Virus record (IMG/VR): IMGVR_UViG_2513237085_000001
Span: 1,496-65,495 of that record
Strand: one strand, 5' to 3'
Source: a virus
DNA: 64,000 nt
Shown here: positions 53,051 through 62,747 of the stretch, piece by piece
Numbering within the stretch: position 1 is the first letter of the stretch
Layout: every line of letters starts with the position of its first letter
Notes under the pieces: generated by a model
Database searches by the model: none
Seen by the model: the letters and a program-made list of their open reading frames with translations, nothing else
Told to the model about the DNA's origin: nothing
Translations under genes and position numbers: made by a program

Positions 53051-54051
53051 ACGTTTGGCTTTGGTGGCAAAATGCCCTCGCCGGCACCATCGGCCCGATC
53101 CACGATGGCGATCCTCAGCAGGGCTATTATCGCACCCGCTTCAAGGACAAGCCGTGGGAGCCGGTCGCAATCTGGTTCGAAGACGGCAAATGGCACGCCA
53201 TGCGCGGCGAACGCGCCATCGACGCATCGGACATCTGGACCTGGTGCTGCCGGAACCCGATCACCTACGAAGCCTACACCAAGGCGATCGAGGGCGGCGG
53301 CTGGGACGATGAGCCCGAACCGTCCATCGGCCACAACCAACCCGCCGATCTCGATCCCTACGAGGCGCTGCTTCACGAGTTTGCTTCCGAAAAGGAGCAG
53401 GCCGAGGCGTTCATGAAGAAACCGATCACGACGCAGGCAGAGGCCGATCGCGCTGCGATCTGGTCGAAGCGGCTCTCGACGATCGCGAAGAAGGCGACCG
53501 ACCTGCACAAGGTCGAAAAGCAGCCGCATCTCGATGCCGGCCGCAACGTCGACAACAAGTGGCGCGAGCTCAAGGAAGAGCCGGACGCGATCAGCAAGAA
53601 GCTGAAGCGCCACATGGACGCCTTCCTGCAGGAGGAAGCCCGCAAGGAGCGCGAGCGCCAGGCGGCAGCTCGGGCGGAAGCGGACCGCATCCAGCGCGAG
53701 GCCGATGCGGCTCGTGTCGCGGCAGAGAAAGCCGCGGCGAAGAACGACAACGACGCGGCTGCCATCGCGGCGCAGAACAACGCGATCGCTGAGGCTGAGC
53801 GTCTTGCCCAGCAGGCAGCGGCGGCCGAGCGCGATGCTCAGGCCCGCAATGCGTCGGCCGGCCGCACCGGCGCCAAGGTCTCTCTCCGCACCTTCGTCTT
53901 TGCCGAGGTCACCGATTTCGACGCGCTGCTCATGGCGCTGAAGGATCGTCCCGAAATCAAGGAAGTCGTCGACACGCTCGCAAACCGGGCCGCGCGCTCC
54001 GGTGTCGAGCTGGCAGGCATGGCGATCCGTTCAGAACAGAGGGCGGCATGA
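53038..54051 (+). CDS. Conserved coiled-coil phage protein of the recombination module
   Basis: WWQNALAG...GDPQQGYYR; long Ala/Glu/Arg helix. Confidence 0.75.
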   Translation: MAEVNVWLWWQNALAGTIGPIHDGDPQQGYYRTRFKDKPWEPVAIWFEDGKWHAMRGERAIDASDIWTWCCRNPITYEAYTKAIEGGGWDDEPEPSIGHNQPADLDPYEALLHEFASEKEQAEAFMKKPITTQAEADRAAIWSKRLSTIAKKATDLHKVEKQPHLDAGRNVDNKWRELKEEPDAISKKLKRHMDAFLQEEARKERERQAAARAEADRIQREADAARVAAEKAAAKNDNDAAAIAAQNNAIAEAERLAQQAAAAERDAQARNASAGRTGAKVSLRTFVFAEVTDFDALLMALKDRPEIKEVVDTLANRAARSGVELAGMAIRSEQRAA

Positions 54052-54380
54052 TGACCGAGGCAACCACCCGCACGATCGTCGCCGTCCAGTTTTCTTGGGA
54101 GAAAAGCGACAAATCCTACGACTACTTCGCGGATTTCCCCGTCGAGGTCGGTCAGCGCATCTATGTGCCGACCAAACGCGGCGAGGCGAAGGTCAAGATC
54201 GTTGAGATCAAGACCGAATCCGAAATGGCTTCGGTTGCCGCCCTTCGCCCGGTCGAAGACCTCCGCACCGACGAAGAGCGTGCGGCCAAATACCCCAATG
54301 GACAGCGCAAGTACTCGGAAGATCGGACGTTGCTCGATGAAAAGGGCAACCGATCGATCTTCGATGACGTAGATCGATAG
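54048..54380 (+). CDS. Hypothetical protein
   Basis: Coupled ORF; SH3-like KSYDY..D..VEVG..IYVPT. Confidence 0.6.
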   Translation: MMTEATTRTIVAVQFSWEKSDKSYDYFADFPVEVGQRIYVPTKRGEAKVKIVEIKTESEMASVAALRPVEDLRTDEERAAKYPNGQRKYSEDRTLLDEKGNRSIFDDVDR

Positions 54381-54389
54381 GAGAGCCCA

Positions 54390-55442
54390 ATGAACGCCCC
54401 GGTGAATTCCGAAACACGTATGCCTGCCCTTATGGTCGGCGGCTCTGTCAATGCCATCATTCCTCAGTCGATCGAGGAGATGTGGCGCGTCGCCAAAATG
54501 GTAGTCGTAGGCGGCTTGGCGCCTAAGGCGCTTGTCGGCAAGAAGGCAGGCGATGAGGCGATTAGTTCTGTCGCCATCGCCATTATGGCTGGGGCGGAAC
54601 TCGGGCTGCCCCCTATGGTCGCCCTGCGCAGTTTTACGGTGATCGGCGGTCGACCGGCGCTTTACGGCGATGGCATCATCAATGTGGCTCGCCGTTCCCG
54701 AAAGGCCGCGAACATCAGCACAGGGTACATGGCGAGCGCTACCAACAAAGCCATGCTCGAACTTGGCGTGCCGAAATGGAAAATCGACCTGCTTGAGACG
54801 AGCGATGAACGATCCTTCGGCTGGTGCAAAGCTAAGCGTTCCGATACTGGCGAAGAGAAGATCGAGATATTTTCGATAGCCGACGCCAAACGGGCAGCGC
54901 TCTGGGATGAGCGCCCAACGGTGAAGAAGCAGGATTGGAATACGAAGGCATGGAGCGACGTTCCGAACGAGTCGCCATGGTTTCGTTATCCGCAGCGCAT
55001 GTGCGCCTGGCGTGCTGCTGGTTACAACCTCCGCGAACTATTCGCCGATGTTCTCGGTGGCATCACTGACGAATTTGAAGCTCGCGAGATTGCTGGTGAA
55101 TTCGGCATGCGCGACATCACGCCGCCAGCTGAATCGGTCGAAGCCAAGCCCACACCGCCGAAGCCTCCAAAGCCGCCTGCCCCGCCGTCCGCCAAGACGA
55201 TCGACGCCGACCCGGTGCCGGAGCAGCCGGCCGGCGAGAGCGAGTTCGCGCTCGGCGATTATCTCGACGAGATCGAGACGGCGTTGGCCGGCGCGAAGGA
55301 CGAGGCCGACGTCGAAGAGATCTGGAACGACTTCGACGCACCGGCAGTGCTTGAGACGGAAGGCCACGACGACATGATCGAGGCGGCTTTTGCCATCAAG
55401 ACGCGCCGCCTCGCGCAGCTGTCGACGTTGAATGGAGGCTGA
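54390..55442 (+). CDS. RecT-like single-strand annealing protein
   Basis: IMAGAELGLPPMVALRSFTVIGGRPALYGD; FSIADAKRAALW; WFRYPQRMCAWRA...LRELFADVLGG. Confidence 0.8.
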   Translation: MNAPVNSETRMPALMVGGSVNAIIPQSIEEMWRVAKMVVVGGLAPKALVGKKAGDEAISSVAIAIMAGAELGLPPMVALRSFTVIGGRPALYGDGIINVARRSRKAANISTGYMASATNKAMLELGVPKWKIDLLETSDERSFGWCKAKRSDTGEEKIEIFSIADAKRAALWDERPTVKKQDWNTKAWSDVPNESPWFRYPQRMCAWRAAGYNLRELFADVLGGITDEFEAREIAGEFGMRDITPPAESVEAKPTPPKPPKPPAPPSAKTIDADPVPEQPAGESEFALGDYLDEIETALAGAKDEADVEEIWNDFDAPAVLETEGHDDMIEAAFAIKTRRLAQLSTLNGG

Positions 55443-55443
55443 C

Positions 55444-55767
55444 ATGGGCGTTTACCGCACCGACTATCTCATGTGGGCCGTGGACGTTGGCGCCAAGGCT
55501 TTCGACTGGGAAAAGCATCAGGCCGAAGGCGAAGGTCAACCGAACAGGCGCTTCGACGTCGTCTACGACGGGATGTCAGGCCAGTATTGCATGGCAGGCA
55601 AAACGCTTGCTGTCAGCGGCTCCGATGATGGTTTCAGCCCGACGAAGATCGACCCGGCAGATATTGGCGTAGACCTCGACGAGTTGGCGCGGAAGGTTTC
55701 AGAGGCCTTTGATCGACCGCTGACCGCAGCCGATTTCTCGCTCGTTCTGTTCTCCGATTACGGTTGA
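55444..55767 (+). CDS. Hypothetical protein
   Basis: GGAGG RBS; VVYDGMSGQYCMAG. Confidence 0.65.
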   Translation: MGVYRTDYLMWAVDVGAKAFDWEKHQAEGEGQPNRRFDVVYDGMSGQYCMAGKTLAVSGSDDGFSPTKIDPADIGVDLDELARKVSEAFDRPLTAADFSLVLFSDYG

Positions 55768-55775
55768 GGTGAGCT

Positions 55776-56231
55776 ATGTCCACCAACAACCGCATCGTCG
55801 ACACCGAGCAGGCCCGCGAGATGCTGGTCAAGTACATCATGGGCAAGACGATGCCCTTCACCTGCAGCATCACCGACGGCAGGCACCGGACCAGCGACCA
55901 GAACAAGCTTCAGCGCCTGTGGGTGATGGAGGTCTCCGCCCAGCTCGGCGACCAGTCCCCGGAAGAGGTCCGCGGATACTGCAAGCTCCATTTCGGCGTG
56001 CCGATCCTTCGGAACGAGAACGACGTGTTCAAGGCTGAATATGACGCCGTGATCATGCCGCTCCCCTACGAGCACAAGCTCAAGCTGATGATGGTGCCGT
56101 TCGACTTTGGCGTTACGCGCCTGATGACGACGCGCCAGAAGACGATCTTTCTCGACACGGTCCACCGGCATTATTCCGAGCAGGGCCTGATCCTCACCAA
56201 TCCAGAAGATTTGAAGCGGAGAGCGGCATGA
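55776..56231 (+). CDS. NinB-like recombination protein
   Basis: RTSDQNKL..LW..EVS; TRLMTTRQKTIFLD...EQGL.L. Confidence 0.7.
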   Translation: MSTNNRIVDTEQAREMLVKYIMGKTMPFTCSITDGRHRTSDQNKLQRLWVMEVSAQLGDQSPEEVRGYCKLHFGVPILRNENDVFKAEYDAVIMPLPYEHKLKLMMVPFDFGVTRLMTTRQKTIFLDTVHRHYSEQGLILTNPEDLKRRAA

Positions 56232-56446
56232 AGACGCGCGTGACCTTTGAAGTCGATCGCAATGAGCTTTTCGACATGCTCAAGAAATTGAATGGCGATT
56301 TCTCGTCCCTTGGTGTGCGCTTGGTAGAGCAGCTTCTGCAGCAGGAGACCAGCTTCATCGATGCTATAGGCATGGCCGTCTACGGCGTCTCGGTTGCCTC
56401 GCGCGATGATGTCATTGCTGAAGAAGCCGCAGGCGGTGCAGCATGA
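56228..56446 (+). CDS. Hypothetical protein
   Basis: ATGA coupling. Confidence 0.55.
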   Translation: MKTRVTFEVDRNELFDMLKKLNGDFSSLGVRLVEQLLQQETSFIDAIGMAVYGVSVASRDDVIAEEAAGGAA

Positions 56447-56778
56447 CCGAGAACAAACGCCTATTGCCCGGCAGCCTGTCCGACGAGGATGCTCTGACCT
56501 GCGGCGACCCGATCACGGCCTTGATAGCCCGGCTTTCAGTTTCCAGCGTGCATGAAAGCCTGGTCGAATTCGTCAATGCCGAAATGAATCGGCCGGGCGC
56601 GAAGGTCGACACCATCACGATCGGGCTGGCCGCATACATGATGCAGATGCATGCGAGCTTCGTTGCTTATTTTCTCGATGCGGAGATGGCTGATGCAGTC
56701 GTCGCTCAGTTCCAGGCGGTCTTTGATCGCACCTATCGCGAGCACTTCGTCGACAGCGCGAAGGAGTTGGCGGCATGA
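56443..56778 (+). CDS. Hypothetical protein
   Basis: ATGA coupling. Confidence 0.6.
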   Translation: MTENKRLLPGSLSDEDALTCGDPITALIARLSVSSVHESLVEFVNAEMNRPGAKVDTITIGLAAYMMQMHASFVAYFLDAEMADAVVAQFQAVFDRTYREHFVDSAKELAA

Positions 56779-57155
56779 GCGCCATTTCCGAACTCGCGAA
56801 CGTCGTCTCGAAAATAGCAAATCTGTCGAGCACGGAAACCAATTACCACGGCATCGGCGAAGCCAGATACATGCCGTTCAAAATGTCATGGGCAGCGCAG
56901 CGCATCCGGTTCACGGCAGACAACGGTTATGGCAAGCCGGAACCGGAATCTGAGGCAATAGCATTGGAGATGCATAAGCGTCTCACTGCTGAATATCAGG
57001 CGAAGGCTGAAGCCGCGATGCGTGACCGCCTCCGAGCGATATCGCGCGAGCTTGAGGCCTTGCGTGCCATCCTTCCGTCTCTTGCTGCCAAGGCGGCCGT
57101 AGAGGCCGGGGTTATCGCTCGCCAGTGCGAGACAGAGGCCGGAGGTGCAGCATGA
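56775..57155 (+). CDS. Hypothetical coiled-coil protein
   Basis: ATGA coupling. Confidence 0.6.
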   Translation: MSAISELANVVSKIANLSSTETNYHGIGEARYMPFKMSWAAQRIRFTADNGYGKPEPESEAIALEMHKRLTAEYQAKAEAAMRDRLRAISRELEALRAILPSLAAKAAVEAGVIARQCETEAGGAA

Positions 57156-57376
57156 CGTGCACCTGCATCCAAACCGTCAATGAAAAGCTTGCTGAGCGGA
57201 ACACTCGGCTGATGATCCCGATCATCCTTCGGTTCAAGGGCGAGGAAAAGTCTCCTGACCGTCTGATGATCGTCACCGAACAGATCGAAACCGGTCGCGG
57301 CAAGGCGAAGGCCACCGGCGTGTTTGCCTCCTTCTGCCCGTTCTGCGGCGTGAAGTATGGGGAGGATGCAGCATGA
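57152..57376 (+). CDS. Small Zn-finger protein
   Basis: MTCTC...FCPFCG. Confidence 0.65.
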   Translation: MTCTCIQTVNEKLAERNTRLMIPIILRFKGEEKSPDRLMIVTEQIETGRGKAKATGVFASFCPFCGVKYGEDAA

Positions 57377-57615
57377 CCACCTTCACCGCCGACATGCTCA
57401 AAGAGCTTGCCTACTTCTTCACCAACACCGATCGGTCGATGCTGGAAGCGAAAGGCCTTATCCAGCCTGGCAAGTCCGGCGACGACCGCTGGAAGCGGTT
57501 CAACCACAACTTCGATATCTTCATTCTGAAGCTGTCGGACGAAGATCGCGCCGTTCTGGCGGCGATGGCAACGGACTATGCGAAGTCGTTCGAGCCGGAA
57601 GGCGGTGCGGCATGA
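57373..57615 (+). CDS. Hypothetical protein
   Basis: ATGA coupling. Confidence 0.6.
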   Translation: MTTFTADMLKELAYFFTNTDRSMLEAKGLIQPGKSGDDRWKRFNHNFDIFILKLSDEDRAVLAAMATDYAKSFEPEGGAA

Positions 57616-58040
57616 GCGAAGCTCTCGAACTGTTCGTGCCACGTGACATAGGCCCGGAGCATTGCTCGCGGTGGTCTGGAATCCCGCAGTCTGGTCTAAC
57701 CGACTTTCACCGGGTCTCGATCGAGATCATCTGCCGCGCTTTTCGGTGTGGCCCGTGGAATGTGCCAACGACATGGAGCCGTATGAAATTGGGCGGCGGC
57801 GGTTGGCCCATGTTCAAGGTCAGCGTCCGAGCTTCTGGCTTGGCAACGTTCGATTTTGATCAACTCACCCGCCTCGTCGTCGGTGCTCACGACAACTGCA
57901 TCCGACTTGAAGTATCGCCTAGCGGTCCCCGCATGCTGATGCTGAGAATGTGGCCGCGCCAAAAGCGATCGGGGCAAATGCACGAGCGCCATCCAACGAT
58001 CGAGGAAGCGATCTCGGACTTCCGAAGGATGTCAGCATGA
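57612..58040 (+). CDS. Conserved hypothetical phage protein
   Basis: LATFDFDQLTRLVVGAHDNCIRLEV...HPTIEEAI. Confidence 0.7.
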   Translation: MSEALELFVPRDIGPEHCSRWSGIPQSGLTDFHRVSIEIICRAFRCGPWNVPTTWSRMKLGGGGWPMFKVSVRASGLATFDFDQLTRLVVGAHDNCIRLEVSPSGPRMLMLRMWPRQKRSGQMHERHPTIEEAISDFRRMSA

Positions 58041-58396
58041 CCGGACCCTTCCTCATCTGCGACCTGCGCACCGAATGGAACTGGCGTCCATACGTTACCT
58101 TCTGGCGCCCGAATAACGCCAACTATGCCTATCCGCTCGCGTGGGCAGGAGACTATACCGAAGACGAGGTCATGAAGGGCGGGAGCTACTACACGACCGT
58201 CGAAGGGATCATTCTGATCCGATTTCCCATCTTGCGATCGCTTGTCGAGCCGATGGCTGTCGCGCCGGATCATGGGATGATCGATGGCGATACCGGCCCG
58301 GTCATTCGCAACAATCCCGAAAACTGCGCGAAGTTGAGAGAGCTTGCTTTTCAGCCGGCGCTCTTGGCCTTCGCTCACGAAATGGCAGGTGCCTGA
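58037..58396 (+). CDS. Conserved hypothetical phage protein
   Basis: TFWRPNNANYAYPLAWAGDY; coupled. Confidence 0.65.
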   Translation: MTGPFLICDLRTEWNWRPYVTFWRPNNANYAYPLAWAGDYTEDEVMKGGSYYTTVEGIILIRFPILRSLVEPMAVAPDHGMIDGDTGPVIRNNPENCAKLRELAFQPALLAFAHEMAGA

Positions 58397-59265
58397 TGGC
58401 TGAGAACTCTGCGATCTCATGGACGCGCCACACTTGGAACCCCGTCATAGGATGCTCAAAGGTCTCGCCGGCGTGCGACGGATGTTATGCCGAGGCGATG
58501 ATGGACAAGCGCTATCACAAGGTCGAGTGGGGAGCCCCGGGGCAAGGAACCGGCACTCGCGTCAAAACATCTGCCTCAACGTGGGCAATGCCCTTCAAAT
58601 GGCAGCGCCAAGCCGAAAAGGATGGCGATCGGCCGTTCGTGTTCTGCGCCTCGCTTGCTGACGTCTTCGATAACCAGTGGGAACCGCAGTGGCGCGCCGA
58701 CGCCTTCGAGGTCATGCGGAAGACGCCCCGCCTCGTTTATCTGCTTCTGACCAAGCGTCCGCAGAACATCGTGAAGATGGCCGATGCGGCCGGCGGACTT
58801 CCAGAAAACGCCGCCCTGGGCGCAACCTGCGAGGATCAGGCGCGCGCCGACAAAAACCTGCCGGCGCTTCAAGTCGCCAAGGTCGAGTTGTCGCCGCTGT
58901 TTACGTTCGGATCATTCGAGCCGCTGATCAGCGACATCATCGTGCCTCCCGTCTTCATGCCCGATTGGGTGATCACCGGCGGAGAGACGGACCAGGGCGA
59001 CCACAAGGCGCGACCGACGCATCCGGACTGGTTTCGAAGCCTTCGTGATCAAGCGGCGGCCTGTGGTGCTGTCTATCACCATAAGCAGAATGGCGAGTTT
59101 TTGGACTTCGACCATATCGGGATGGCTTGGAACGATCTGCCGAATTCAATTCGAGAGAAGCAGCAATTCATCAACGGCAAAGCCATGGTCAAGGTCGGGA
59201 AGAAGCGCTCCGGTCGCATGCTCGACGGCGTCACCCATGACGCGTTTCCAGAGGTGACCGCATGA
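58396..59265 (+). CDS. Gp37Gp68 / DUF5131 radical-SAM-like protein
   Basis: SAISWTRHTWNPVIGCSKVSPACDGCYAE, VFCASLAD, LLLTKRPQN, SFEPL, WVITGGE. Confidence 0.9.
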   Translation: MAENSAISWTRHTWNPVIGCSKVSPACDGCYAEAMMDKRYHKVEWGAPGQGTGTRVKTSASTWAMPFKWQRQAEKDGDRPFVFCASLADVFDNQWEPQWRADAFEVMRKTPRLVYLLLTKRPQNIVKMADAAGGLPENAALGATCEDQARADKNLPALQVAKVELSPLFTFGSFEPLISDIIVPPVFMPDWVITGGETDQGDHKARPTHPDWFRSLRDQAAACGAVYHHKQNGEFLDFDHIGMAWNDLPNSIREKQQFINGKAMVKVGKKRSGRMLDGVTHDAFPEVTA

Positions 59266-59921
59266 CCGAGATCGATGTCAACTGCCAGTTCGTTTCCGTC
59301 AAGATTACCGGAAAACACGACCCGCGGAAGCCGGTCCCGCTCCGCCTGAAGAAGGATGCCCGCAACCCGAACCTCTGGGCGACGGCCGACGGCAAGCGCG
59401 TCTTCAACTCCGAGGAATGGGCTGCCAAGGCCATGGAGATGGAAACGCCGGAATATCAGGAAGCCCGCCGCAAGCGCATAGAGGCATCGCGTCTCGCCCG
59501 CGCCGAGGTGGTCGCCGGCTATGGCGGATGGGTGACAACGACCGGCGACGAGGATGATTACGCCCAGGACGTGGCCGAGCTACTGGAAAAGCATGGCGAC
59601 AGGCTTTCGTGGGGCGGCGTGCCGGATGATGAGATCCCCTCGCAACTACCGGCGTGGGCCTTCTGCTGCCGCGAAGACGGATTTGATTTCGACCTCGAAT
59701 CCGCTCTCGACAGCTATCTCGACGACAACCACCATGAAGACGCCCGCGACTGGCTGGTGGATGCCAATGAGCTTTGGGATTTCTGGACGGCCTGGTCCGC
59801 CAAGCAATCCCAGATGAAAAGCTATTTCATCGACACGCAGCGGATCGTCGTCATCGATCGCCCTCGATATGAGACAGAGCTTGCTGCTGCCCAAGAGTAT
59901 CTCGCGGGGTTGCCAGCATGA
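59262..59921 (+). CDS. Hypothetical protein
   Basis: 219-aa coupled ORF. Confidence 0.65.
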   Translation: MTEIDVNCQFVSVKITGKHDPRKPVPLRLKKDARNPNLWATADGKRVFNSEEWAAKAMEMETPEYQEARRKRIEASRLARAEVVAGYGGWVTTTGDEDDYAQDVAELLEKHGDRLSWGGVPDDEIPSQLPAWAFCCREDGFDFDLESALDSYLDDNHHEDARDWLVDANELWDFWTAWSAKQSQMKSYFIDTQRIVVIDRPRYETELAAAQEYLAGLPA

Positions 59922-60325
59922 GCACCCGTCAGCAACGCCGCGCCGCCCGCTCTTTCGAACGCCGGGGCCTGAAAGGTGACTGGGGCCTTTGGCGCATCAC
60001 CGATCTGCCCGACGGCATTCCCGGCGGTGGTGGCTGGAACAAGGAAGTCCGCAGCGTGCGGTCCAACAACCTTTATGTCGTGCTCGTCCGTCCCTTCGTC
60101 GACGAGCAGGGCAACGAGGTAATCCATCTCGCCATCCGCACGGCCTCGCAGCTTGAGCCGCCGTGGCGCGACATGCAGCGCATCAAGAACGAAATCTGCG
60201 GGGAAGAGGCAACGGCCGTCCAGGTCATGCCGCCGGCATCCGAGTTGATCGACGAGGCCGACATGTATCACATGTGGGTGCTGTCGAGCCGCCTTCCCTT
60301 CACCTTGGCAAGGAGAGCAGCATGA
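59918..60325 (+). CDS. Conserved hypothetical phage protein
   Basis: PWRDMQRIKNEICGEEATAVQVMPP..ELIDEADMYHMW. Confidence 0.72.
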   Translation: MSTRQQRRAARSFERRGLKGDWGLWRITDLPDGIPGGGGWNKEVRSVRSNNLYVVLVRPFVDEQGNEVIHLAIRTASQLEPPWRDMQRIKNEICGEEATAVQVMPPASELIDEADMYHMWVLSSRLPFTLARRAA

Positions 60326-60972
60326 CTGATCGGCCCATCCTCTTCAGCGGCTCCATGATCCGCTCCAACCGTCGAGGCCTGAAGACCAACACCCGCCGGA
60401 AGCTGAAGCCTCAGCCGAAAGTGCTGAAGAACGGCAGTTGGTATAGGCCATTCCCGCAAGAGCCTTCCAATTGGCAATATGCCTTGGGTGGCATCATTCA
60501 TGCGTACGCCCAAGTGCGCATTGTAGAGGGCGATCGCCTTTGGGTCCGCGAGACTTGGTCGCATACCGGGGATCATGTGTTCTCGATCTCGGAAGCGCGT
60601 AGATGCCCTTTCGGCCACGCAATCTACCAAGCCGACGAGAACCAGGAATATCCGCACGCCAAGTTCTGGCCTTCGATCCATATGCCGCGCGAGTTCTCTC
60701 GCATGACGCTGATTGTCACCGGCGTCAAGATCGAACGGCTCAAGGACATTAGCCGAGAAGATGCCATCGCCGAAGGGCTTGAGTGGGTGGCGCCGACCTA
60801 TGGCATCCCCGGCATTGCTTCTACTTGGCACGGCGACCCGCGCGAAAGCTACTTCGCCCTCTGGGATCACATCAACGGCGCCGGCGCATCTGCGAAAAAT
60901 CCTTGGGTGATCGCTTATTCCTATTCCGTCCATCACTGCAACATCGACGCCATGTCGAAGGAGGCAGCATGA
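60322..60972 (+). CDS. ASCH/PUA-like domain protein
   Basis: RPILFSGSMI...KTNTRR; GDRLWVRET; PSIHMPREFSR; NPWVIAY. Confidence 0.78.
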   Translation: MTDRPILFSGSMIRSNRRGLKTNTRRKLKPQPKVLKNGSWYRPFPQEPSNWQYALGGIIHAYAQVRIVEGDRLWVRETWSHTGDHVFSISEARRCPFGHAIYQADENQEYPHAKFWPSIHMPREFSRMTLIVTGVKIERLKDISREDAIAEGLEWVAPTYGIPGIASTWHGDPRESYFALWDHINGAGASAKNPWVIAYSYSVHHCNIDAMSKEAA

Positions 60973-61469
60973 CGATCTTTCGAAAGTGCCACCCTTGCGC
61001 GCTGCGCGAAGGTTGCGAGATCAAGGCCAAGTTGGCCGATGCCATCAAAGGCCATGGCGTCTCGTCGATCATGCATCGCTGCAAGTCGTTCCAGCCCGAA
61101 TTCACGTCTGGCGATAACGTCATGGTTCGAACCTTCAACGGTGAGCACGATCCGTATGGCAGCGGTGATGGCATCTCTGACTTTGTCGAGTTTCCAGCTC
61201 ACTTCGTTCAGTACAGCGACGATCTGAGCCGAGCGATCGTCTTCATCGCCCCCGGCACCAAGAGCGAGTGCGAGGAATACGAATTCCAGCCGACCAACGG
61301 CAAGGATGGGTTCTGCAGGGTCTCATACACCCCGATACGGCAAAACCCCGTCAGCGGCACGGCCAAGGGCATCATCGCTCGACGTGAAGGCAAAACCGCC
61401 ATTGAAAATTGCTGCGGCCGACCACTCGGTACGGCCTGCAAGGAGTGCATCGAATGGAGGCATTCGTGA
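60969..61469 (+). CDS. Cys-rich hypothetical protein
   Basis: CHPC...C; coupled at both ends. Confidence 0.6.
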   Translation: MTIFRKCHPCALREGCEIKAKLADAIKGHGVSSIMHRCKSFQPEFTSGDNVMVRTFNGEHDPYGSGDGISDFVEFPAHFVQYSDDLSRAIVFIAPGTKSECEEYEFQPTNGKDGFCRVSYTPIRQNPVSGTAKGIIARREGKTAIENCCGRPLGTACKECIEWRHS

Positions 61470-61654
61470 GAACCGCAGCCGACTACCTTCGCAAGCATCC
61501 TAGCGCCCGGCCCAGCACCATCGCGTTCATCGATCGCCGGAACGCTGTCGTCGAGCAGCTCAAGCGAGAGCTTGAAGCAGCCGAGGCGGCAAAACGGCCG
61601 ACGCGCAAGTCCATCATCGGCCTATTCATGCCATGGTTCCGGAGGCGAGCATGA
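61466..61654 (+). CDS. Small hypothetical protein
   Basis: GTGA overlap start. Confidence 0.55.
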   Translation: MRTAADYLRKHPSARPSTIAFIDRRNAVVEQLKRELEAAEAAKRPTRKSIIGLFMPWFRRRA

Positions 61655-61863
61655 AGCACCCGAATCCGGTCAATCTCCAAGCAAGCGCCGAAGTGCGCAA
61701 GGCAGGATGGCAGGCGGAAACCCGCGATGCGGACGGCCACCTATGCCGAACCCACGTGCCGTTCGAGACCGATGAGGAAATCGTATGGCTCGTGCGGGAG
61801 GCGCTTGAGCACGGCGAAACCGTCACTATTTGGCCGATCGCGCGCAAGGGAGGTGCCGAATGA
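61651..61863 (+). CDS. Small hypothetical protein
   Basis: ATGA coupling. Confidence 0.55.
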   Translation: MKHPNPVNLQASAEVRKAGWQAETRDADGHLCRTHVPFETDEEIVWLVREALEHGETVTIWPIARKGGAE

Positions 61864-62090
61864 TTCACCTCCACAATATCCAGAGCTATCGCGGCGGCGA
61901 TCCGGCGCCCAAAGGCTATCTTGAATGGCACGAATGGGCGCGCGTCCAGCTTCGCGCCGGACTTCGCCAGGCGAAGTGCCCGAAGTGCGGCCGCTATAAA
62001 TTCCCGCAGGAACTCAGCGGTGAGCATGAGCGCGGAAAGCTGATCTGCAACGATTGCTTCATGAGCGGAGGCGCCGATGCGAGCCGTTGA
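61860..62090 (+). CDS. Small Zn-finger protein
   Basis: CPKC...CNDC. Confidence 0.6.
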   Translation: MIHLHNIQSYRGGDPAPKGYLEWHEWARVQLRAGLRQAKCPKCGRYKFPQELSGEHERGKLICNDCFMSGGADASR

Positions 62091-62424
62091 TGAATGGATC
62101 GGCAAACACGACGATTCCGCCGTCCCGCCCCGCGTGCGGCTGCGGGTTTTCGAGAAGTTCAACGGCATCTGCCAGTTGTCTGGCCGTAAGATTTTGGCCG
62201 GAGACGCGTGGGATCTCGATCACATCAAGGCCATATGGCGCGGCGGCGAGCATCGCGAGGGCAATCTTCACCCCGTGTTGAAGGAGCCTCATCGCGTGAA
62301 ATCGGCCGAGGAGCAGACGGAGCAGGCCAAGGCCGACCGCACCCGCAAAAAGCACCTCGGCATCTGGCCGAAGTCGAAAGCGAAGATCCGCGGTGGCGGC
62401 TTTCGCAAAACGAGGGACGTTTGA
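62077..62424 (+). CDS. HNH endonuclease
   Basis: CQLSG, WDLDHIKAIWRGGEHREGNLHPV...H. Confidence 0.85.
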   Translation: MRAVDEWIGKHDDSAVPPRVRLRVFEKFNGICQLSGRKILAGDAWDLDHIKAIWRGGEHREGNLHPVLKEPHRVKSAEEQTEQAKADRTRKKHLGIWPKSKAKIRGGGFRKTRDV

Positions 62425-62747
62425 TGACGAGCATAACGCTTTGGAAGCCGGAATCCGATGTCATCGTGCATCAGGCGCTCGGCAAGTCAGGTGAAGAGGC
62501 AAGCGAACTGGCGAAGATCCTGTTCCGCTGCGTCATCCAGGGCCTTGACGCCAGTGACCCAGGCACCGGCAAGCCGAACCGCGAGGCGCTTTGGGAAGAG
62601 ATTGCCGATGTTGAAGCGGCGCTCCAGTGGCTACGCGAAGTCATCGACGACGAATTCGACTGTGACCGCGCCGATCGGAAGCTGAACGGATTCCGCCGCT
62701 GGCAAAAGATGCTCGAGGCTGATGCGAGACAGGGAGAGCCGGCATGA
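62424..62747 (+). CDS. MazG-like NTP pyrophosphohydrolase
   Basis: GEEASEL...EEIADV acidic motif. Confidence 0.7.
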   Translation: MTSITLWKPESDVIVHQALGKSGEEASELAKILFRCVIQGLDASDPGTGKPNREALWEEIADVEAALQWLREVIDDEFDCDRADRKLNGFRRWQKMLEADARQGEPA